A DNA stretch of 64,000 nt from Carcharhinus longimanus (Eukaryota), in contig JASCQW010000132.1 in the NCBI GenBank assembly GCA_030264375.1, forward strand, positions 91,286,341 through 91,350,340. The letters run 5' to 3'. A program made the position numbers and the translations under genes. Shown here piece by piece: positions 38,703 to 48,908 of this stretch. Under the pieces are notes generated by a model, which saw only the letters and a program-made list of their open reading frames with translations, did not search any database and had not been told where the DNA came from. How positions within the stretch are numbered: the first letter of the stretch is position 1; the number at the start of each line of letters is the position of its first letter.

Positions 38703-40404
38703 ATAACATGAACAAAATACTGACAATCTGAAACTGTAATGCTGAATGTAATCTAAGTGCCTAAGTGGCTCTTCCCACTGCCGCATGAAACATATGTAGT
38801 GCTATAAATGGGATCACAGAAATCACTCATATAAAAAGAGGGAAAACTATTAACCTCTACTGAACTAAAGATTCAGGGCAGCAATCTTACTAATGCTTCA
38901 ACATAAATAAGATGTGAATGTTATAAATTATAGATTTTAAATGAAAAATAATCAAAATGTGCATGTTAGCTTAATTATGGAAGACCACAAAGGCGCTCCA
39001 TTTAATTCAATCAAAAATTAATGTATTTGTTGAGTGTTTTATAATTAATTTCTCTGATCATGATAGTGGGAGGATTTTCTTTTATGAACCTAATTAAATC
39101 CAATCATAAAAATAATGTTTACTTTATTATAATCTTCTCCTGAGAGAAGTTGGAGAATATAAGTTTTCTCAAGGACGCTAATGCTGATGGTGATCACCAG
39201 CACATCATTTTGTTACTTGGTTTCTTGGATCATAGCCAGCAGTAACTTAGGGCTGATTCAACTTGGTGCCGAAGGCCCCTCCACACCCCTGACTATAAAA
39301 TCATGGTGAGCCCATCCATGCTCCGGACAGTTACCTTGCAGCCATATCAGGGTTAATTATTTGGAGTTGGGACCTAATTCCAAGATGAAGCCTTCCTTAG
39401 AGAGTTGCTGGACCAATCTGCTGGGCTTCCACAACAATGGAATGAAGCCCCTTTAGTGTCCATTAATTACTTAATCAATGGCTCCCCGGCCTCTGTTAAA
39501 TTGTGCTGGGGCAAGGGCAATAAAGTAAATGTCAAGAGGGCACTTGCTTGATTTTACACCTTCACCTGCCATTGAGGGAACATATAATTCATCCTCTAGT
39601 GAAATGGAGGACTGTTTAGAATGGGTAGCTCTCAGTATTTCCTCTCCAGTTATTATCATTCTTTGTTGGAAGATTCATTGTCTCCATCATAACCTCTGCT
39701 ATATGAATGAGGAAATAGTCTACTTTCTAATATTTAAGCATGAAAGAATAATTCCATACACCTGAATGGGTAGATCCAAGGTGCACGTGACATTGGGTCT
39801 TGATATCTGATGGGTGTCCTTAGGTAAATCGATGGCAGAAGAGTAATCAAAGATCAGGCTGCAGAGATGCCAGTAGCTAGCCTCACATGTCACTATTGTC
39901 AGAAGGATAATGGAGGCTGGGAGGGAGATTAACAGTTGACATAATAGGGAGTAGGCTGCATCAACAACTGGCAAGGAAAACAGTGGCAGGCAACACGGTT
40001 TTAATGTGGCATCAGGAGGAGCGCATTGGCATTCTGTTAAGTGGCCTGCAACATTTGCTTTAAGGATCATCTCTAAACTCAGCTGTAGATCTTTTTTTCT
40101 GAATGCAACTGATGTTGCTTTTTGAAGAGCTACCCAATAATCCAGAGCAGGCATATGCAAAATACCTTTTTCTTGTTCTGGATATCTGCTTTGATGCAGA
40201 TTTTTCTGTCTACACCTAAAAGGGTGTGCAGTGCGTTTCTGGCTTGTAATAAGCACATGCATCCTGTCCACTATATTAGAGCCTTAGAAGGCCATTTAAA
40301 AATATGGTAGTCAAATTTCCAGGCCATTATCTTTCCCTTCAATAGATGTCAAAAACAGCTCTCTTAGTTGCCCTCCTATTGAAAGGGCAGCAGGGAGGAT
40401 TTTT

Positions 40405-40755
40405 TAAAAATCTATTCGTTCATGAGATGTGGGCTTGCTAGCTGGACCAACATTTATTGCCCACCCTTGAGCACATTTAAGAGTCAATTACATTGCTGTG
40501 GCTCTGGAGTCACATGTAGGTCAGACTGGGTAAGGATGGCAGATTTTCTTCCCCAAAGGACATTAGTGAACCAGGTGGGTTTTTCCAACGATTGACAAGG
40601 GTTTCATGGTCATCAGTACATGCTTAATTCCAGATATTTTTTATTGAACTCAAATTTCACCCTCTGCCATGGTGGGATTTGAACCTGGATCCCCAGAGCA
40701 TTAGCCTGGGTCTCTGGATTACTAGCCCAGAGACAATGCCACTACCCCAGCACCT
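40405..40755 (-). mobile_element. tRNA-derived SINE sharing its tail with the second CR1-group family
   Basis: The minus strand reads GGGGTAGTGGCATTGTCTCTGGGCTAGTAATCCAGAGACCCAGG...GGTTCAAATCCCACCATGGCAG...GGCAATAAATGTTGGTCCAGCTAGCAAGCCCACATCTCATGAACGAATAG. A decayed relative sits at ~30165-30425. Confidence 0.75.
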
Positions 40756-42544
40756 NNNNNNNNNNNNNNNNNNNNNNNNNNNNNNNNNNNNNNNNNNNNN
40801 NNNNNNNNNNNNNNNNNNNNNNNNNNNNNNNNNNNNNNNNNNNNNNNNNNNNNNNNNNNNNNNNNNNNNNNNNNNNNNNNNNNNNNNNNNNNNNNNNNNN
40901 NNNNNNNNNNNNNNNNNNNNNNNNNNNNNNNNNNNNNNNNNNNNNNNNNNNNNNNNNNNNNNNNNNNNNNNNNNNNNNNNNNNNNNNNNNNNNNNNNNCT
41001 CCATTTATTGCAGCGGGATGAGAGAATCCCACTTGTGTGAATGGTCGGAGAATCCCACGCCACGTCTTGGCAGTAGAGGAACAGAGTGGCAACTGAGAGG
41101 GGAGAAGAACGGATAGTTGGATTTAGTGGTGGGTATTAGAAAAGAAAGATACAAGAACAGATTGTTCCTGACCCTGATTGTTGGCCTTCTCCCTCATCTT
41201 GATTGCCAAGGATGATCTATGAGGGTCCCCATGGGGTTTTCATATGCTAGTTTTCCTAGCCATTAGTTGGCTAACTTATAAATTTGGCAGGGTCTCATCA
41301 TTCCCAACCTTGCCAGATTCTTCCTCATTTTCATCCTCCCTCAATGGGGAGGTGCTGGGGTAGTGGCATTGTCTCTGGGCTAGTAATCCAGAGACCCAGG
41401 CTAATGCTCTGGGGATCCAGGTTCAATCCCTTTTCAGATGATGATTGGAGCTTGTGGGGTGGAGGGGAGGGAGATCATGACCATAAAGCAATGGTGCTTG
41501 AGGTAAGGGGCTTCTGTGATCAGACAGGAAGGATAAAGGGCTGTGATTGGCAGAAACAACGCTAATGGCTTCTATGAGAGGCCGATGGAGCCCTCCTGCT
41601 CCTCGTGGTCAACAAGGAGTCCTCAAACACATTTACACAGGCAGCTCTTGGACGCTTTGTAAAGAGTGCTACACTTCTGGATAGTTGGCTGGCAACTGAA
41701 ATAGCCACAGAAAATCAATGGGCAAATGGAAGTATAATAATTAGGCCATTTCTTCACTGCTGACTACATAACCTAGCCCAATCAGACAGGATATTTCAAC
41801 AATTCCAGTTGTCCATTTTCATCCATTTACCTCATTATCAGACCTTAGAGGATCATTTTAAACCCTTTCCATAGCATATTGGGAAAAACAGACTTGTCAA
41901 AGAGTTGAACAATACAATGTTTACTCAGTTTGCAGTGAAAGTTGCATATTCAAAACACTGAACCAAAAAAATAATGGTGCTGAAAGAATTACTCTAGTTT
42001 ATTGATTCTAACCAGTACATTTAACCTTAGCGGTCAACTATATAAACCAATTTAACAGCACTTATCTTTACTTCATCCTATAACTTCACAATAAAAAAGC
42101 AAGATGATTTCTTCCGTCTGAGTCAAGTGATTCTGACATCAGTTCTGGGGACTGAATCTCAATCAAGTTGAGCCCAGCTTCCTCAGCACAAACAAATTGC
42201 CAAATTGAAACCTTTCAGATCTGCATATAGGGTGGACTGGCATGGAGTGAGTCAGATTCCACGAGGAGGTATGGGGTGGGCAAGCCATCCACCCCCTTTA
42301 ACATGCAACCTGTAGTTTCTGGAAAGTTTCTATTTATCAAAATGGAGATCATATAATGCAATTAGCATTGTGTACAGAATAAATAAGCCAGATTTCAATT
42401 TTTAGACAATGAAAATAATGAAAATTCTAATCTTATTATTTAACAGCTTAATAATTACAGCATCTGACAGGCTGAGGAAGGCAATTTTACAACCAAGAAA
42501 TCAAATCAATGCTCTGTAGATTGTCACATCCAGTGGTAGACAAC

Positions 42545-43430
42545 TTATTTTATTCTTCTGTGAGAGGTGGGCATTATTGGCAAAACCAGGGTTTGCTGTC
42601 CATTCCCAAATCCCTTTTCAGATGATGTTGGCAAGCTGCCTTCTTGAACTGCTGCAGTCCATCTACAGCAGGTAAATCTACAGGACGGCTGGGAAGGGAG
42701 TTCCAGGATTTTGACCCCATGACAGTGAAGGAACAGTGATATATTTCCAAGTCAGGATGGTGGGTGGCTTGGAAGGAAATTTGTGCAGGTGATGGTGTCC
42801 CCAAGCATGTGTTACCCTTGTCCTTCTAAGTGGTAGGGATTGTAGGTTTAGAAGGTGGTGTTGAAGGTGGCTTTGTAAGTTACTGCAATGCTTTCTGCAG
42901 ATGGTACACAGTGCTGTTACTGAGCATTGGTGGTGGAGGGAGAGATCGTTTGAAGTTGTGGATGGGGTATGGATCAAATATGTTGCTTTGTGCTGAGTGG
43001 TGTCAAACTTCTTGCATGTTATTGAAGCCCCATTCATCCGGGCAAGTGAAGAGTCTTCCATCACATTCCTGCTTTGAGAGTTGTAGGTAGTGGACAAGCT
43101 TTGTGGAGTTAGGAGGTGAGCTACTCATCTCAAAATCCCCTGTTTCTGACTTGTTCTTGTAGCCACAGTATTTATATGGCTAGTCCAGTTCAGTTTCTGG
43201 CCGATGGCAACCCCAGGGTGTTGAAGTGTTGAAGTGGGGGATTCAGCAATGGAAATTCCATTGAAGGTCAAGGGGAAATGGTTAGATTCTCTCTTATCCC
43301 AGATGGTTATTTCCTAGCGCTTGTATGGCATGAACGTTACTTCCCACTTTTCAGTTCAAGCCTGAATGTTGTTTAGGTCTTGCTGCATACACAGACTGCT
43401 TCAGTATCTGAGGAGTTGTGAACGGTGTTG
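42545..43430 (-). mobile_element. Decayed LINE 3' ORF2 and tail (second CR1-group family)
   Basis: ORF 42678-43097 (TTYNSQSRNVMEDSSLA..GAS..CKKFDTTQHKA..LI...SLHH) is a degenerate LINE ORF2 C-terminus. The tail matches 29715-30072. Confidence 0.7.
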
Positions 43431-46084
43431 AACCAATTCCTGTCTGATTCTCCATGGTACCAATGGGAAAACATACTGCTGTGAAACACAATTGGAAAAT
43501 GTGGCATACAAATGTTGGGATGCTCCTGAGCAATGCCTGGTGCTGCCTCTGGAGTGCAGGCTGGAGGCCGCTGGCAGCTCTGGACCCCAAAACACCACAG
43601 TGGTGGGTGAAGGGAGCATCCACAAGTGGGTCTTCCAGATTAAGTGTCCTAGAGGGGGTCCATCTTCCAGTCTCAGAATGTTCCTGAAGATTCATCTTCT
43701 TTCACAGGAGGTCCATGTTTCCACCTTCTTTCCTCAGTCGTGGGTCAGTGACGTTTCAAGATGGTGCCCAGATAGGACAGTGAACTACATATGATCAGAC
43801 CCCACCCCCACAAAGGAATACAGCGCATAACACCTGGGTGCATAATTAATTAGGTTAGAGCTGGAAGATTTAGCGTGTTTTCCCACTGGCTTCCGAAGTG
43901 GAAACACTCTACATGTGGCTCAGACAAAATTGAAGTCAATGCGAATCAGGAGGAAAACGCTCCAAAAATTGAAGACATACCTAGCACAAAGGGAGGTGTT
44001 TATAGTATTGACAAGAAGCTTACAAATTCTGAAAGAAGTTAAAGGGGGAGGCCGGACTGGAGTGTGCTAGAATTATTAAATCTAGGGATAACAAAGATGT
44101 GGATGAGGGTTTCAGCAGCAGATGAGCTAAGGCAGAGGCAAAGTTGGGTGATGTTACAGTGTCGTATTCAGAAGCTCAGCTCAGTTTAGCCTGGGCTCAG
44201 CTGTGATGTCCTTCACAATCTCCTAGAGTAGCAATCCTTTCTTCCAGCTCACATAAAGAGACTGACCATTTGGATAAGGGGCCACAGCAGGGTGTCTGTG
44301 AAAGTATAGCCTCACAGGAGCCAGTCCCTTCAGAAGAGAAAAGGAGAAACAAATGGATAGTTGAAGAGAAAATTTTTGAAAAATTCCATTGTGAATTTGC
44401 TGTAGAGTAACATGGTTGCTGGCACTGTGTTCTGTATTAAGAAGCAAACATTGTAAAATTTAATAAAATATTTATTCCACAATTAATCAGGTTGAACATT
44501 TTCTAATTTAGATTCTTGTCAAAAGAAAAAGATCCTATGCTTCCATCCACAATCATTCTGGTTTACTTTATTCAGCATTTGTCTCTGTGTGTTTGAAAGC
44601 TCTAAGTGAAACAGTGTTGAGATAAACAGCCCAACATTAATATAATGTCTCCATCCTGCAGTTCCATCATTCATTTATATGGTAATCACTGAATTGAAAA
44701 ACATGCTTATTTTGCAGAAAATCTCCCTTGCCATCTTGAGACAATTAACAGAGAAGTACTGTTATTTGCCTAAACCTACCTAATTCAATTGTGTCTTTAA
44801 CCAGTGTAAACACCCAGTAATTACTACCACTATCATTTTTCTGAAGGCTTATACCGTTGACAAGAAGCCATCAAATTCTGAAATCAAATCTTCCCAATAA
44901 AAAAGCACTCTTCCATTAAATCTGCAGTCGTTTCCAAAACGCGTTGTCCCATGAAATATGAATTCAGTCAGTGATATACAACTTACTTGATAACTAGAAG
45001 ACAAAATTGTAAAGGAATTGTAGACAAAGGAAGCACAGAATAAAAGTAAAAATGATAACGTGATTAGAAAGTGAATAGCTAAAACAAATGATAGTTAACT
45101 GACAGTATTTCTTTTTGACATTCGCAGCTTAGTTTTGTGTACAATCTTTCCTCTTTTTAAAGATACAAGTTTTACACTTCAGGTGCAACTACCCTGGTCC
45201 TGTCAAGGAAGGTTTGGATGCGGTAGTGGGGGTAAAATAAGAAACTAGAGCTGTAGGTCAGTGGCAAGGCCTTTCTGCCTGCTGATGGTTTTTCCAAGTG
45301 CTAAGCAGCAAGTGTTACCTGCCTGGCAGCAATATTCAGCCACATAGGCCAATTGAGTGCAGAATGAGGGAGACAGTGTTGGTTCCGTTAGGATCTTCTC
45401 GGCATTGGAGTGGACCTTCGCTGAGTTCAGTGCCCAGCAGTTCTGTGTAAGCCACCTCCCGGTAGCAGGTCATGAGGGGCATCAGAGCTGGGGGCTTCAG
45501 GTCGCAGTGACAGGCCTATAGGAATGAAAGGATGCACCCGCCTCCACTCTGATGTCCCTACTTGCTACGAGCCTCTTCACTTTCAGAATTTCTGTAATGC
45601 TTCTGAGGGTCGCATTCACCACCCCACCTCAATAGCACCCACCTTGCCGGTTGGGGCTCCTAGTCCTGGGCTTCAAACCCTCTGATTGGTTTGGAGCCCC
45701 AGGAGTCATTCTCCAATCCTTCATTGGACAGTGGATGTGAAGGTGGCCAAATAGCGGGCTGCGTCCCATAAGATCGAGCACTACAGATGTGGCTGGGGTG
45801 GAGACCCAAAAATGGAAAAAAATCTACCATCATAAGATGTCACCCATCATTTTGTTTCCTCTTACTATTTCCTTTCTGTAACGTATAACCTTCCCGATGA
45901 TGAGAATGGACATGCAACCTTTGCTTGATCTTTCACTGATGGTATGGCAGCTGAAACTAGCCCAACAAACTGCATGCAAGAACTCTGGGATGATCGCTTC
46001 AATTTATTTTTTCCAAAATTTGCCACAACTGAGATGAAGAAGGAGGAGAGATCGAGTTATCTGGGCCAATTTCCCATGGGTTTT

Positions 46085-46440
46085 AGATGAATGAAAGGTG
46101 ATGTAATTACAATGCAAGGGGTTTGACAGGGTCAATGTGAAGAAAATATTTTCCTGGACTGGGGAGTCTAGAACATGGGGTCATGGTCTCAGAAGAAAGG
46201 TTGGCTCTTTAGGATTTATGTAAGGAAATATTTGTGAACTCAAAGGATTGTAAATGTTTGGAATTCTGTACCCCAGTGGGCTGTGGATGCTCAGTCATTA
46301 GTAAATTCATGACTTAGATTGATATGTTTTTGGAAGGTGCAGGAGAGTGGAGTAGAAAATCAGCGATCTTATTGAACGGTGAGCCAGGTCGAAGGGCCAA
46401 ATGACTAATCCAGCTCCTATGGCTTACATTCTTATGTTGT
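46085..46440 (+). mobile_element. Old CR1 3' fragment
   Basis: GAATGAAAGGTGATGTAATT...GGGGAGTCTAGAACATGGGGTCATGGTCTCAGAA...GGAATTCTGTACCCCAG...GATCTTATTGAACGG. Confidence 0.65.
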
Positions 46441-47119
46441 TGAAATCTAATTCTGATAGAGAAGGATCCTGTGTTTGAATTCACACACCATACTGAATAT
46501 ATTGTGAGCTTCAGTACATTGCATTTGTACACTGCCCTTGAACCGATTGTTTACAGAGAATAATACATATGTCATCTGTGTGAAAGGATTCCCAATCAAG
46601 CCACAATTCAAGCCTGACATTATGCATAAGGCATATTTCTGTCAATAAAACTGTTATTTTCCAGTTTGGAAAGAATCCCTGCTGTTAATTGCTGTCAAGA
46701 AATTAATTTACACAGAAGGTGAATTATTTTCTGCCTCTCAGTCTTTTTCTGTTCTTTTTATAGATTGTAAACAACTTTTACTGGCATTTTGGCAACCTTT
46801 ACCATAATCTCAACTGTTGTGCAATAATTACAAAGAACATATATACATATATCAGAACAACTATTCAAATAATAAATACTGCTTTTCTGTTTCTTTCTGC
46901 CTCATTGTAATCCCTTAGGATATGTCATGAAAAAGCAGCTGAAGGGCTGCACTTTTAAAATAATCTTAGCCCCAAGGCTAGTAAGTGTACATTAACACTC
47001 TCATCCTTGATCACTCTCAAAGCTCAGTGTGTGTGAGTGTGTTTGTGGGGTTGGGGGTGTATGTATGAATGTGTATGAATGTACGACAGTGTGAATGTGT
47101 GGGTATGAAAGTGCGTGTG

Positions 47120-47640
47120 CGTGGCAGCCTTGCCTCTGAGTCAAAAGGCTGTGAGGTTCAAGTCCTACTGTAGCACATGAGCATAAAAAAAGACTAACAC
47201 TCCTGTGCATTACTGAGGGAGTGTTACACTTTTAGGGATGTTGGCCGGAACTGTCCAGACTCATACACCCCGTCACTAATGCCAGTGAGAACGGAGAATT
47301 TGGCACCCAGCAAAATTTCCATTCAGAGCAGTGGGACTGGAGAATCCCAACCAAAGGCAAGGTAGGAGGAATCCAGACGTTATCATTCACATGAGACGTT
47401 AAACCAAGACCCTGGCTACTTACTTTGGTGGACAGAAAAGACCCATAACATTGTGCTGAAGAAGAGCAGGGATGTTTGCCCCAGAGTCCTGGCTAATATT
47501 TGGCACTCAAGCAACATCACTAAAGCAGTTTATCTGCATATTATTACCTTGATGTAAGTGGGAGCTGCTATATTTGCAACATTAAAACTGGATCTACACT
47601 TCCAAAGTGCTCCATTGTCTGTTTAAATATTTGAGATATT
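47120..47640 (+). mobile_element. Deu-domain SINE with a nested ~135-bp MITE (47243-47378)
   Basis: TTGCCTCTGAGTCAAAAGGCTGTGAGGTTCAAGTCC head and ATGAGACGTTAAACCAAG...GAAGAAGAGCAGGG...GTCCTGGCTAATATTT...CTACACTTCCAAAGTGCTCCATTG. It is interrupted by GGCCGGAACTGTCC...GGAGGAATCCAGAC. Confidence 0.7.
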
Positions 47641-47643
47641 GGC

Positions 47644-47682
47644 ATCGCTTCTCGGCCTTTTGGCTAAGATCAAGTGTAGTAT
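47644..47682 (+). pseudogene. U2 snRNA 5' fragment (nt 1-39); not a full U2 gene
   Basis: ATCGCTTCTCGGCCTTTTGGCTAAGATCAAGTGTAGTAT equals vertebrate U2 nt 1-39, including stem-loop I and the branch-site pairing GTAGTA. Similarity stops there, and the rest of U2 is absent. Confidence 0.93.
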
Positions 47683-47953
47683 TGGCATGCTGCACTTGGT
47701 TGAAGTCATTAGGTTACATTTCAGCTTCATTTGAAGCAATTTTTAAAAGCAGCATCTCGGCCTTTTGGCTAAGACGCAAACGAGATCAAGCCTTGAAGGA
47801 GGAGCTATGCCTACTATCAGCTTGGATCATGTAGATCAAGCCCAAGACAGGAGGTGAAAGCCCTGTCTTGTCAGCTAGGATCGGGAATGTCTCAACTTGT
47901 TGAGACTCTGAACTGGACTTGATTTGATTGAATTGGAATAAAAAAAATAAAAA
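47644..47953 (+). mobile_element. Candidate U2-snRNA-headed SINE-like retroposon (SINEU-like)
   Basis: U2 head, a second U2 nt 7-26 copy at 47755-47774, AGATCAAG repeats, perfect hairpins, and a 3' AATAAAAAAAATAAAAA tail at 47937-47953. Confidence 0.6.
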
Positions 47954-48570
47954 TCTTCACATCCTGTGGCTCCAGGGGATGAATGGCCTATTCGTGCTCC
48001 TATTCTGTAGGTTCACATGTACTACATCTGGTGAACAGAATCACTAGTTGCAGTGTATAGTAATCCACCCTTATCACAGAGTTGGAAGGATGCTGATTCT
48101 GTTGAGCAATCACTCTCCATTGTTTTTTTTCTAAGTTTGTTTGCCAGTTCAAGATCACTCTCCATAGGTCAGAAGGACTGCATTAGACCAGACAAGAACA
48201 GAATAATGGGCCTTCGAGCTTGATTCAATATGAATATGACTATCCGCTACCTCAGCTCAACCTTCCTACTCTACCCCCTCAATTCCATTAGTAACCAAAA
48301 TACGTCGCTCTTTCCCTCTCCCTGTATATGTTGACTCTTGGGCAGCAACAAGGTTCTTGTGCCTTATATAAGTAGTTGTTACAACAAACCTGTGTTTAGC
48401 TGATCAAGGAAAACAATCCCAAATGTGCTTCACACACGGTCATCTAAAATAGATGCCAAAAAAAAAGGAGCGGCTTCGGCAGCTGAAGGTAGAATTCACA
48501 GTGGTGAGTCAATGGGGAGGAGGAATAGCCAGTAGACCAAAGGTAAAGAGCAACAGGAGGGGGATGGATC

Positions 48571-48908
48571 GAGGTTTACAGTATGGAAACAGGCCCTTCA
48601 GCCCAACTTGTCCATGCCGCTCTTTTTTTTAAACCCCTAAACTAATCCCAATTACCCACATTTGGCCCATATCCCTCTATACCCATCATACCCATGTATC
48701 TGTCTAAATGGTTTTTTAAAAGACAAAACTGTACCCGCCTCTACTGCTATTACCTCTGACAGCTTGTTCCAGACACACACCAACATTTGTGTGAAAAAAT
48801 TGCCCCTCTGGACACTTCTGTATCTCTCCCCTCTCGCCTTAAACCTATGCGCTCTAGTTTCAGACTCTCCTACCTTTGGGAAAAGATATTGACTATCTAG
48901 CTGATCTG
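48571..48908 (-). mobile_element. CR1 3' end
   Basis: GAGGTTTACAGTATGGAAACAGGCCCTTCAGCCCAACTTGTCCATGCCG...GAAAAAATTGCCCCTCTGGAC...GATATTGACTATCTAGCTGATC. Same subfamily as 53566-54290. Confidence 0.8.

Noticed and set aside
37712-38731. Long ORFs of 224-268 aa
   Set aside because: Artefacts of translating through an N gap.
39720-40271. 183-aa minus-strand ORF
   Set aside because: No recognisable domain or convincing splice context, so probably chance or decayed TE sequence.
47644-47830. Functional U2 snRNA gene
   Set aside because: Only nt 1-39 match. Stem-loops II-IV and a canonical Sm site are absent, and the upstream sequence is a decayed SINE rather than a PSE/DSE promoter.
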